In this document: positions 17,084-24,631 of the stretch, one piece after another | How the letters are laid out: the number at the start of each line of letters is the position of its first letter | Numbering within the stretch: position 1 is the stretch's first letter | Position numbers and translations under genes: made by a program | Notes under the pieces: generated by a model | What the model saw: only the letters and a program-made list of their open reading frames with translations | The model's database searches: none | Told to the model about the DNA's origin: nothing | Virus record (IMG/VR): IMGVR_UViG_3300045988_075126 | Location: 64,137 to 128,136 of that record | DNA length: 64,000 bases | From: a virus | Reading direction: 5' to 3' (one strand)

Positions 17084-17383
17084 ATGAGTGCAAAGATTAT
17101 CGTGATGCAAGGCAACATGGTTGCAACCATCGAAGAGACGAACAAGGACGCATTTATCAAGCGTGGAGAGTATAAAGAGACCGAGCTGGACAAACGCAAG
17201 CGTGAGGTCGATTTCCTGATTACAAGCATCGCAAACCGCTACGAAGTGACATTCAATCACAAGGTAGAGCTGAAGGAAAGCCGAAGCATCAAGAAAAGCG
17301 AGTATTTCGATAACATCTACTACGTTACCGAGAATGCATTGAATAAGCTGAAAAAGCAATACTCATACGAGTGTGATTTGTAA
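17084..17383 (+). CDS. hypothetical protein
   Basis: ORF track; ATG start; charged, likely coiled coil; no domain recognised. Confidence 0.6.
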   Translation: MSAKIIVMQGNMVATIEETNKDAFIKRGEYKETELDKRKREVDFLITSIANRYEVTFNHKVELKESRSIKKSEYFDNIYYVTENALNKLKKQYSYECDL

Positions 17384-17390
17384 TAGATTT

Positions 17391-17414
17391 CGTGAGGCAC
17401 ACGCTAAACTGCAC
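17391..17414 (+). promoter_or_regulatory. conserved leader element, type A variant (CGUGAGGCACACG + CUAAACUGCAC)
   Basis: Intercistronic; stem CGTG/CACG; same architecture as 21060-21082. Confidence 0.5.
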
Positions 17415-17444
17415 CGGACTTTGAACATTAAATATTTAAGAGAT

Positions 17445-17744
17445 ATGGATAAGAATTTGAAGGATGCTCTTTACGTTGAGCATGATGGCAAGATTGGCGT
17501 TTTAAGCTCAGATGAGCGCAAGGTGGTATCACAGGTTATCGGTACGGATTTGACGCTTGTGTACGACAAGAAAGAGGGTGATACATACCTTTTGATACCA
17601 TTGACCCGAAACCACAAGTTCGAGTGCAAAGGTAGCCACATTATCGTGGATGGAAAGCGGTTCGATTCTGACATCTTTTTCCGCAAGGATGCTTGCCAAT
17701 GGATTCAGATGCAATCTAAAGAAATGCTATCAATGGTAGCGTAA
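17445..17744 (+). CDS. hypothetical protein (paralog of 3648-3944)
   Basis: ORF track 17373..17744, but paralog alignment supports ATG 17445 (MDKNLKDALYVEHDGKIGVL..). Confidence 0.75.
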   Translation: MDKNLKDALYVEHDGKIGVLSSDERKVVSQVIGTDLTLVYDKKEGDTYLLIPLTRNHKFECKGSHIIVDGKRFDSDIFFRKDACQWIQMQSKEMLSMVA

Positions 17745-17754
17745 CAATATATAA

Positions 17755-17780
17755 GGTGAGGCACACCGAAACAACTGCAC
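17755..17780 (+). promoter_or_regulatory. conserved leader element, type A variant (GGUGAGGCACACC + GAAACAACUGCAC)
   Basis: Stem GGTG/CACC, loop AGGCA; followed by 4-codon mini-ORF ATG 17791 and a 25-aa ORF 17818-17895. Confidence 0.5.
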
Positions 17781-17931
17781 ATTATCTTTGATGTTTAACA
17801 ATTAAATTCCGTGAGCAATGGAAAGAAGAAGTAATGTGCAGCATCGTGCCACAATGGTTGGTCGTGCTGGCGAGGACAGAAGTCCTCCAAAGTAAAACAA
17901 ACGTTAATGTTTTAAACAAAACACTAAAGCG

Positions 17932-17963
17932 TTTGCAAGTTAAAGAAAATAGCATTAACTTTG
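17932..17963 (+). promoter_or_regulatory. extended phage promoter (CACTAAA..TTTGCA..-7 TAACTTTG)
   Basis: TTTG 17932-17935, 20-nt spacer, TAACTTTG 17956-17963; upstream ACACTAAAGCG shared with promoters at 26231 and 34902. Confidence 0.6.
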
Positions 17964-18104
17964 CAGCCGAAATAACAAGGTTGTGAAGTAAGGCGCACGA
18001 CTGACTGACATTTGAACAATTTTACAAAATAAATATTTTCATTAGCTCCAAGCGTGGAGCTTCGTCATTCCGTTCATCGCCTTACATAAGTGGACGGTTG
18101 ACAC

Positions 18105-18152
18105 AAGCCCTGTCCGCTCTTACCACATTAGCGGATGGGGCTTTTCGTTTCC
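18105..18152 (+). terminator. intrinsic-terminator-like hairpin inside the antirepressor leader
   Basis: AAGCCC-TG-TCCGCT loop(11) AGCGGA-TG-GGGCTT, then TTCGTTTCC; about 140 nt after the predicted TSS and 44 nt before ATG 18196. Confidence 0.5.
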
Positions 18153-18195
18153 ACCACAGCCAAATATAATTATTAACAATTTAAATTTTAGGTAA

Positions 18196-19074
18196 ATGAC
18201 ATTAGAATTTAACAAAACTGATGTAAATGTAGAGGCTTTACCAGTAGTCTCAGAGTTCCTTAACAATGAAAAGAGAGGTATTGAAGTTGTAGAGATTATC
18301 GAGCATGACGGCAAACAAGCCGTGAACGCAAGGGAGCTGCACCAAAAGTTGGGCAGTAAGCAAGACTTTTCAACATGGATTAAAAATCGCATAGAAAAGT
18401 ATGGATTCGTTGAAAATCAAGATTTTGAAGTTTTCCACAAAATTATGGAAAACTCAAATGGTGGTCGAAGTCGTATTGAGTATGCCTTATCTTTGGATAT
18501 GGCAAAGGAGTTGTGTATGATTGAGAACAATGAGCAAGGTAGATTGTTCCGTAAGTACTTCATCGAAGTCGAGAAAGCTGCCAGAGTCAAGTACGAGCAG
18601 GAGAAGCTGGACAAGAAGGCTTCCGATTCCTTTGACATCAAGCTGAAGTGGTTGAACTTTCTTCCTGGTTATCTGAACCTCAGCGATGTTTCCAAATTGG
18701 CGATGGCTAAGAAAATTGCTGAACCATTAGGGTTGCCGACACCTGATTATGTGAGCGCACCGAATGGTGCAAAGCATTCCGCTACGGAGTTATTGAAATC
18801 TCATGGTGTAGGCTTGTCTGCTCGAAAGTTCAATGAGTTGGCGGTAAAGGCAGGATTATTGAAACTAAAAGAGCGCAAGGGTACGAACAAGGTACACAAG
18901 TATTGTGAGATTACCAAGAAAGGATTGGCTTATGGTGAGAACGACATCAACGAGAAGAATATGAATCAAACACAACCACATTGGTATGATTCTAAATTTG
19001 GGGAGGTATTGGAAATCATCGGCTACAAGTCTTCCAGGCAAGTAGATATGTTTGCAAGCGGTGAGACACACTAA
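18196..19074 (+). CDS. phage antirepressor (AntA/AntB-type N-terminal domain)
   Basis: AVNARELHQKLGSKQDFSTWIKNRIEKYGFVENQDFEV.. and LSLDMAKELCMIENNEQGRLFRKYFIEVEK match the AntA/AntB antirepressor signature. Confidence 0.7.
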   Translation: MTLEFNKTDVNVEALPVVSEFLNNEKRGIEVVEIIEHDGKQAVNARELHQKLGSKQDFSTWIKNRIEKYGFVENQDFEVFHKIMENSNGGRSRIEYALSLDMAKELCMIENNEQGRLFRKYFIEVEKAARVKYEQEKLDKKASDSFDIKLKWLNFLPGYLNLSDVSKLAMAKKIAEPLGLPTPDYVSAPNGAKHSATELLKSHGVGLSARKFNELAVKAGLLKLKERKGTNKVHKYCEITKKGLAYGENDINEKNMNQTQPHWYDSKFGEVLEIIGYKSSRQVDMFASGETH

Positions 19075-19106
19075 GACAACTGTAGTAATATTGATATATA
19101 ATCGAG

Positions 19107-19144
19107 AAGGAGGGGAATGCGTGATGCACTCTCCTCTTTTTTTT
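19107..19144 (+). terminator. intrinsic terminator
   Basis: Imperfect AAGGAGGGGA / TCTCCTCTT stem followed by T8 run. Confidence 0.5.
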
Positions 19145-19203
19145 ATGGTGATAGTTTTTGTTTTTCACAATATAGATAAGTGTTGTTAAACTGAGTGCTA
19201 ATT

Positions 19204-19234
19204 TTTGGTAGAGTGGAATATAATAGCTATCTTT
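19204..19234 (+). promoter_or_regulatory. Bacteroides-type promoter for thyX
   Basis: TTTG 19204-19207, 19-nt spacer, TATCTTTG 19227-19234; lies inside the 5' end of track ORF 19233.. Confidence 0.55.
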
Positions 19235-19262
19235 GTGGTCGAATATTAAAACTTATAAGGAT

Positions 19263-20159
19263 ATGAAGATATTAGAACCGAAATACGAAATCCTATCCCA
19301 AGGTGAGGGTATGGATGGAGTTTACAAGCAGATAGAGCTATGTGGTCGCACTTGCTATGCGTCAACTATGAAGATAGACAAAGACAGCGCAAAGCCTTTC
19401 GTTGAGCGTATGATGAACTCAACGCACTATGCTGTGTTGGAGCATGGAACAATCTATCTCCATGTTGCTTACGATAACGAGTTCTTTGTACCGGAGTCTT
19501 TATTGGTCAAGCACTATCGTGAGAACAAGTATTCCAAGGTGATGCAGATAGGTAACGATTACTATATTACGACCAACTACAGAGTGATAGTAGAGAATGA
19601 ATGGTTTGATGATTTGGACTATATCTGCGAGCCTACGGAATGGCATGAGAAGCGAATAACCGTCCGCTTTACTACTCAGATTGCGGTAAGTAGAGAGGCT
19701 AACAGACATCGTGTAGATTCCGTAGCGGAACAAAGCACCCGATATTGCAACTATAGTAAAGATAAGTTCGGAGGAGAGATTGCTATCAACAAGCCAAAGT
19801 GGGTTAGCGAAGATTATGCGGTTAATCCATCGTCTTTTGATGGTGGAACATTTGTTGACCTATCAAAGAACATCGGTAGTTATGAGCATTGGAGTCCGGT
19901 AGAAAAATGGTGGTTTGCCAATAGAGTATGTGAAATGATGTATTTGTCTTTGGTTAAGGATGATGGTTTAAAGCCACAAGATGCGAGAACTATTCTTCCT
20001 CTTGATACCAACACGGAGTTGATTCATACCGCATTCGTGAGTGATTGGCTTCATTTCTTCGATTTGCGATCAAAAGGAACTACTGGAAAGCCTCATCCAG
20101 ATATTGAGGTCTTGGCAACCCCATTGATGAATGAGTTCAAGGAACGAGGTTTGATTTAA
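19263..20159 (+). CDS. thyX: flavin-dependent thymidylate synthase ThyX
   Basis: ThyX signature RHRxxSxxxxSxR present as RHRVDSVAEQSTR; start moved to ATG 19263 (MKILEPKYEIL..) downstream of the promoter. Confidence 0.85.
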   Translation: MKILEPKYEILSQGEGMDGVYKQIELCGRTCYASTMKIDKDSAKPFVERMMNSTHYAVLEHGTIYLHVAYDNEFFVPESLLVKHYRENKYSKVMQIGNDYYITTNYRVIVENEWFDDLDYICEPTEWHEKRITVRFTTQIAVSREANRHRVDSVAEQSTRYCNYSKDKFGGEIAINKPKWVSEDYAVNPSSFDGGTFVDLSKNIGSYEHWSPVEKWWFANRVCEMMYLSLVKDDGLKPQDARTILPLDTNTELIHTAFVSDWLHFFDLRSKGTTGKPHPDIEVLATPLMNEFKERGLI

Positions 20160-20165
20160 TCGCTT

Positions 20166-20636
20166 ATGAAGAAGAAAGCCAAGCAAATAGCCAATGTGAT
20201 GAGCAATGACTCTTTGGAGGTTGTTGCTCAGATGATTGTTGATGAGGCTAAAGGTGTGCGCTATGAAGTGTATGCTGATGGCTCTAGTAAGAACAACAAG
20301 TGTGGTTGCGGTTGGCTTGTGCTTCATAAGGGAGCGATTATCAATAGTGGGAAATATACATTTATCACAGCCAAAGTGAACGATTCGGTGAGAGCCGAAA
20401 TAAGGGCGGTCATTCAAGCATTGGGTGATTGCCCTCCTTTGTGTTCTGTTGATGTATATGTGGATTGCCAAGTGGCTATAGAGAGAATACAGGCTTGCAA
20501 GTTAGGAGACTTACAGCCTATATATAATAAGGTAGCGAAAGGCAAGGTGATAAGATACCATTGGGTTAAGGCTCATAGAGGTAATATGTATAACGAAATG
20601 GTGGATTCTTTGGCTTTTTCTGCTACAGAAAGTTAA
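20166..20636 (+). CDS. RNase H (RNase HI-like)
   Basis: VYADGSS.., ..SVRAEIRAVIQAL.., VDVYVDCQ.., ..HWVKAHRGNMYNEMVDSLA fit the D-E-D-D RNase HI motif order. Confidence 0.7.
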   Translation: MKKKAKQIANVMSNDSLEVVAQMIVDEAKGVRYEVYADGSSKNNKCGCGWLVLHKGAIINSGKYTFITAKVNDSVRAEIRAVIQALGDCPPLCSVDVYVDCQVAIERIQACKLGDLQPIYNKVAKGKVIRYHWVKAHRGNMYNEMVDSLAFSATES

Positions 20637-20661
20637 TTTTGTGCCTACATATATAATAAGC

Positions 20662-20783
20662 GTTAAAATATAAAAGAAATACATTAAATAATTTGCATAT
20701 TTCAATAATTCTTTGTATCTTTGCATCGTAATTAAGAAACAAGGTTACTAATTTTAAAAGGTGAGACACACCGTAAAAACTGT
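20662..20783 (+). repeat. 122-bp promoter/leader cassette, copy 1 (partner 41722-41843)
   Basis: Ungapped alignment by eye: 9 mismatches in 122 nt (about 93 percent); covers upstream box, -33, -7, leader and hairpin. Confidence 0.85.
20692..20723 (+). promoter_or_regulatory. extended phage promoter (CATTAAA..TTTGCA..-7 TATCTTTG)
   Basis: TTTG 20692-20695, 20-nt spacer, TATCTTTG 20716-20723. Confidence 0.65.
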
Positions 20784-20784
20784 G
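20760..20784 (+). promoter_or_regulatory. conserved leader element, type A (GGUGAGACACACC + GUAAAAACUGU)
   Basis: Stem GGTG/CACC, loop AGACA; ATG 20792 is 8 nt after ACTGT. Confidence 0.65.
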
Positions 20785-20791
20785 ATTCGTT

Positions 20792-21013
20792 ATGAATACT
20801 AGATTGAGTAAGAAAGAGACAATGGTTTATGGCAACATCGGAGTGATGGCTGACGTAATCGGAGGTAATAAGTACTTCACTTTTGCAGATTTGTATGATT
20901 TCGATTTGGATAATACCAAGGATGAGTTGAAAGAAATATTAAATTCTTTGACCGAAAAGGGTTATCTGAAGAGTTTTAATGATTTCGATAAAACTTATCG
21001 AGTTTTGAAGTAA
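20792..21013 (+). CDS. hypothetical protein
   Basis: 73-aa ORF directly after promoter and leader element. Confidence 0.6.
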   Translation: MNTRLSKKETMVYGNIGVMADVIGGNKYFTFADLYDFDLDNTKDELKEILNSLTEKGYLKSFNDFDKTYRVLK

Positions 21014-21021
21014 GAACAATA

Positions 21022-21042
21022 AAGGGGATATAAAATCCCCTT
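21022..21042 (+). terminator. hairpin (weak terminator)
   Basis: AAGGGGAT/ATCCCCTT 8-bp stem, 5-nt loop; poor U tail. Confidence 0.4.
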
Positions 21043-21059
21043 ACATTATAAATTTAGAA

Positions 21060-21082
21060 CGTGAGACACACGTAAAACTGTA
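21060..21082 (+). promoter_or_regulatory. conserved leader element, type A variant (CGUGAGACACACG + UAAAACUGU)
   Basis: First stem pair changed G-C to C-G relative to 20760; ATG 21091 is 9 nt after ACTGT. Confidence 0.6.
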
Positions 21083-21090
21083 TTGAAAAA

Positions 21091-21174
21091 ATGAAAAAGG
21101 TATTCACGATTGAGAATGCATTAACGCTTTTGTTTGCTCTTGAAATAGTATCATTAATATTTTTTCTAGGATAG
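21091..21174 (+). CDS. 27-aa hydrophobic mini-ORF (possible leader peptide)
   Basis: MKKVFTIENALTLLFALEIVSLIFFLG*; correct spacing from the leader element; below ORF-track cutoff. Confidence 0.25.
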   Translation: MKKVFTIENALTLLFALEIVSLIFFLG

Positions 21175-21179
21175 GGCTT

Positions 21180-21398
21180 ATGCAGATTAAGTTTGGTAAG
21201 ATAAAGTTTACTGCGGCTAAGTCTGAAAAAGGATGCCGTTTTGATGCTTGCTACAAAGGTGAGCATGTGGCTTTTGAGAGTGAAGATATGTCTTTGTATG
21301 ATGATGTCTTTTCTGCTAATAATAGAAGAGCAAAGGCTGCAAAGAGGGTGATTTACGAGAATATAAAGCACAAGTATTATGAATGTCATAGAGATTAG
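21180..21398 (+). CDS. hypothetical protein
   Basis: ORF track; ATG start; tight same-strand packing; no domain recognised by eye. Confidence 0.55.
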   Translation: MQIKFGKIKFTAAKSEKGCRFDACYKGEHVAFESEDMSLYDDVFSANNRRAKAAKRVIYENIKHKYYECHRD

Positions 21399-21813
21399 CG
21401 ACTTTAACGCTGCTGATGAATTTGTTGTTGAGGCAATGATGCATGATGGCAAATTCAAGGTAATAGGCAAGGTTATCACGGATAATAATCTTCTGAATGA
21501 TGATGATTTGGAAACCATCTGGGATTATGCCAACTGGGAGACGAACGGCTATGAAAAGATGGTTGTCTCTAATGGAGTGTACAAAGGCTTGAAAGCATTC
21601 AGCGATGGGCGTTTGTTCTATGTTATCACAGATGATGAGACTGGAGTGGTAAACGACAATATCATGGTACGTAAGCATTACGATGTCAACAATGGCTATT
21701 ATATTAAGTCTTCAAGGTTACACAAGGAGCTATCCAAGGATTTGTGGTGCTTCGGTAGCCGTGAGACTATTGAGAACGAATATAAGTCTAACCCATTTAT
21801 TTGTGGTAAGTGA
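21379..21813 (+). CDS. hypothetical protein
   Basis: ORF track; ATG start; 20-nt overlap with upstream ORF. Confidence 0.6.
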   Translation: MNVIEISDFNAADEFVVEAMMHDGKFKVIGKVITDNNLLNDDDLETIWDYANWETNGYEKMVVSNGVYKGLKAFSDGRLFYVITDDETGVVNDNIMVRKHYDVNNGYYIKSSRLHKELSKDLWCFGSRETIENEYKSNPFICGK

Positions 21814-22067
21814 TGGCAAAAAAGATTAATCATGTTAAGCCTTCATTTATTGAAGGCGGTGAAGTCTGGCATGATATTGATAAGTTCCCGATGCTAGACC
21901 ATACAATTCTAGTAGAGTTGCAGGTAAAAGGCTCAGACGGATTGATTTACCGGACGCAAGATGTATGTGTTGAGCGTGCGGATAGGTTCGTACCTACGAT
22001 GTCTTTTGTTCCTAAGCGTTGGGCGTACGCAATAGACTTAGCTCAATGTAAGCAACTTGAAGGATAA
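21813..22067 (+). CDS. hypothetical protein
   Basis: ORF track 21810 (GTG); ATG 21813 overlaps upstream stop (TGATG). Confidence 0.6.
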   Translation: MAKKINHVKPSFIEGGEVWHDIDKFPMLDHTILVELQVKGSDGLIYRTQDVCVERADRFVPTMSFVPKRWAYAIDLAQCKQLEG

Positions 22068-22096
22068 AAACAAAATACAAAATTAAGAATTAGCAT

Positions 22097-22447
22097 ATGG
22101 AAGAATCAAGAGGTGTTTACACATTACCTGTCTTGTATAATGAACAAAGTGGTAGAAATGAAGGTGTATGTGTTAGAAGTGAACTTGGAGTAGTTGTTGC
22201 AATTGACAATGAAGATGAGTTTAAAGGTGTTTTTTCAAAGGATGGTGAGATTGATGTATTCAAGCAGTTACTATCACAAGAAGTGTATCGTTTCAACACA
22301 GAACACCATGCATTCCCAACTGAACCTTTGATTTCTTACAAGATGGATGGCGACATTATCTTTGATTTCGTTGAAGTAACAATCGGAAAGATGTATGGCG
22401 GTTATGTTTATATCGTGCATTACAACTTTGCAAGCACGGCATCATAA
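22097..22447 (+). CDS. hypothetical protein
   Basis: ORF track; ATG start; tight same-strand packing; no domain recognised by eye. Confidence 0.6.
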   Translation: MEESRGVYTLPVLYNEQSGRNEGVCVRSELGVVVAIDNEDEFKGVFSKDGEIDVFKQLLSQEVYRFNTEHHAFPTEPLISYKMDGDIIFDFVEVTIGKMYGGYVYIVHYNFASTAS

Positions 22448-22462
22448 TAAACAAGTTTGATT

Positions 22463-22597
22463 ATGACAATAGTAAGAGAAAGATTAAAAATTGTGGCTCA
22501 GATTGAGGTGCTGGAAGATATTGCTATTGATTATAGGGGAAAGACTATAGATAACATCATCCAACAGCTAGAAGCGAGGTTGACTGCGTTGAAGTAA
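22463..22597 (+). CDS. hypothetical small protein (44 aa)
   Basis: MTIVRERLKIVAQIEVLEDIAIDYRGKTIDNIIQQLEARLTALK*; fills the gap between neighbouring ORFs; below track cutoff. Confidence 0.4.
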   Translation: MTIVRERLKIVAQIEVLEDIAIDYRGKTIDNIIQQLEARLTALK

Positions 22598-22621
22598 GTT
22601 CAAGTTTGAAATTAAAAGTCT

Positions 22622-22978
22622 ATGAGTGGAGGACGTTTTGATTATGCTCAGTATAGGATTGCTGACATATATACAAAGATAGAAGATTATGTTGATGGTC
22701 ATCCGTTGGATGAGGAAGACGAAAGATGCTTTCTCGAAGACCGATGGTTAGAAGAGGATGAAGACAAGTATGTTAGAAAACATCATCATACGATGCCTAA
22801 TAGATATGGCTTATCTAAAAAGACTATCAAGGAATTCAAAAAGGGTATTGAACTTCTGAAGAAAGCTCAGGTTTATGCCCAAAGAATTGATTGGCTTCTT
22901 TCCGGTGATGATGGAGAAGATAATTTCCATCTACGTTTGAAAGAGGATTTGGCAAATTTAAAAAGTAAGAAAGGATAG
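22622..22978 (+). CDS. hypothetical protein
   Basis: ORF track; ATG start; acidic, no domain recognised. Confidence 0.6.
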   Translation: MSGGRFDYAQYRIADIYTKIEDYVDGHPLDEEDERCFLEDRWLEEDEDKYVRKHHHTMPNRYGLSKKTIKEFKKGIELLKKAQVYAQRIDWLLSGDDGEDNFHLRLKEDLANLKSKKG

Positions 22979-22981
22979 ATT

Positions 22982-23479
22982 ATGAGTTGGAATTATCGCT
23001 TAGATACACCTATGATGCAATTAGCTGAAGAGGTGAACAAGAAATATGATACTGATGCAGGTAAGATGCTTCTTTGCACTTATCTCTTCATGGTATCAAG
23101 TGAAGAGGTCAAGGATAAGAAGGCATTCTTCGATTGGGTAGAAGAATTGAGTAAGTCTAGCAAGTGTGATGCGGTAAGGGAGTACGTGAAAATCAACGGA
23201 AAAGCCGATTGGCTGCATGGTGGATTCAGTAAGCCGATTTACCGACACTATAAGGGCAATTTCTATGAGTACCTTGGTGAGGTTACTGATAGCGAGACTT
23301 CTGAAGCTAAGGTTGCATATCAAGCAGTGTGCGGACAGCATGAGGTTTGGGTACGACCAAAGGAAATGTTCTTTGGAAATGTTGAGGTTGATGGTAAGTC
23401 AGTTCCTCGATTTGATAAGGTAGATTTAAAAGACTTAGAGAAACAAACCGAGAAGAGCAATGGACAGAAAAAAGATTAA
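22982..23479 (+). CDS. hypothetical protein with DUF1653-like C-terminal domain
   Basis: IYRHYKGNFYEYLGEVTDSETSEAKVAYQAVCGQHEVWVRPKEMF resembles the Y.HYKG..Y......HSET....V.Y......WVRP..MF pattern of DUF1653. Confidence 0.55.
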   Translation: MSWNYRLDTPMMQLAEEVNKKYDTDAGKMLLCTYLFMVSSEEVKDKKAFFDWVEELSKSSKCDAVREYVKINGKADWLHGGFSKPIYRHYKGNFYEYLGEVTDSETSEAKVAYQAVCGQHEVWVRPKEMFFGNVEVDGKSVPRFDKVDLKDLEKQTEKSNGQKKD

Positions 23480-23786
23480 GAGCTTGTTAGGTCTAGCAAT
23501 CTTGCGAGTGAATGAAGTCGTACCAGATTTCGAAGACTTGGATAAGGTTCTTCCTTTGCTAGAACAAGCATATGATGAAGCGGATAAGTCGGATTGGATT
23601 TCTGTAAAGGAGCGTTTGCCGGAGTTTGAAGAAGAAGTTCTTGTTACTAATGAAGAGAATAAGGAAATTTGGTTTTGTCATCGAAGTAATAACCCGTCAG
23701 TAATAACCGCAGAGTATAAGTTTTGTAATTACATGTTGATGCCAGTAACGCATTGGCAAGATATTAAAAAGTTGGATAATGGCTAA
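23460..23786 (+). CDS. hypothetical protein (DUF551-like)
   Basis: WISVKERLPEFEEEVLV resembles the WISV.D.LPE core of phage DUF551 proteins (weak). Confidence 0.5.
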   Translation: MDRKKIKSLLGLAILRVNEVVPDFEDLDKVLPLLEQAYDEADKSDWISVKERLPEFEEEVLVTNEENKEIWFCHRSNNPSVITAEYKFCNYMLMPVTHWQDIKKLDNG

Positions 23787-24312
23787 TAAACAGACGATAA
23801 AACCAAAGGTAGTTCCCTTTGAGATAGCCAAGTTTCTGAAGGAGGTTGGCTATGATGAGAAGATAGCCGAATTTTGGGCTTATGCCAGCCCTTGGACAGC
23901 AAAGGGTGGTGTTCGTAAGGGTGGAAAATATAGTGAGCATTATGGCAGTTATATTGCTTACTCAAATTCCGAGTGGGAGAAATCCAATATTGAGTTTTCT
24001 GCTGCCTTAAAGTTGAATAGTAAGCATCCGGCAATATCCGCTCCAAGCTATGATATGGTGTTAGATTGGCTTTTAGAGCATTTCGGTTACTATATTTGTG
24101 TTGCAAACATTTCGAAAGGTAAGTTTTGTTGGCAAACTACATCATGGTGTGTAGAGGAAGGCTTGTGTCATACGGATGGTAAGGAATATTCCAGTAGATA
24201 CGAGGCAATGGATGCCGCTTTCAAGAGTATCTTAAAGGCTCGCATTGAGAATAAAGATAACGAGGTAATCAAAAGACTTTCGGAGGAAATACAAGATGGA
24301 AAGACTTTATGA
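23779..24312 (+). CDS. hypothetical protein
   Basis: ORF track; ATG start; tight same-strand packing; no domain recognised by eye. Confidence 0.6.
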   Translation: MANKQTIKPKVVPFEIAKFLKEVGYDEKIAEFWAYASPWTAKGGVRKGGKYSEHYGSYIAYSNSEWEKSNIEFSAALKLNSKHPAISAPSYDMVLDWLLEHFGYYICVANISKGKFCWQTTSWCVEEGLCHTDGKEYSSRYEAMDAAFKSILKARIENKDNEVIKRLSEEIQDGKTL

Positions 24313-24631
24313 TACTTTTGTACACGCAATAATGATGAAGTTAGAAGCTCGTTTATGTTCTGAACTCGAATGTGTTTATAAGAATATAACAAACAAAATT
24401 GTTGAGAAGAAAGGTAAACTCACCAACGAAGACGTAATTGAGTTTCAGAAAAAACTACAGGAGGTGTACGACACGGATGCTGATATTCGTGAACAGATTA
24501 TTGGTATTAAAGATTCCAAGAAGTGCATCTTAACTAAAGAAGCATGTGAAGAGTTAATAAAGAGACTTAGCGTGATTAATATAAAAGAAGATGAACAAGC
24601 AAAGAATGATAGAGTGGGTATCCACTTGTGA
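24296..24631 (+). CDS. hypothetical protein
   Basis: ORF track; ATG start; overlaps neighbours by 17 and 41 nt. Confidence 0.55.
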   Translation: MERLYDTFVHAIMMKLEARLCSELECVYKNITNKIVEKKGKLTNEDVIEFQKKLQEVYDTDADIREQIIGIKDSKKCILTKEACEELIKRLSVINIKEDEQAKNDRVGIHL

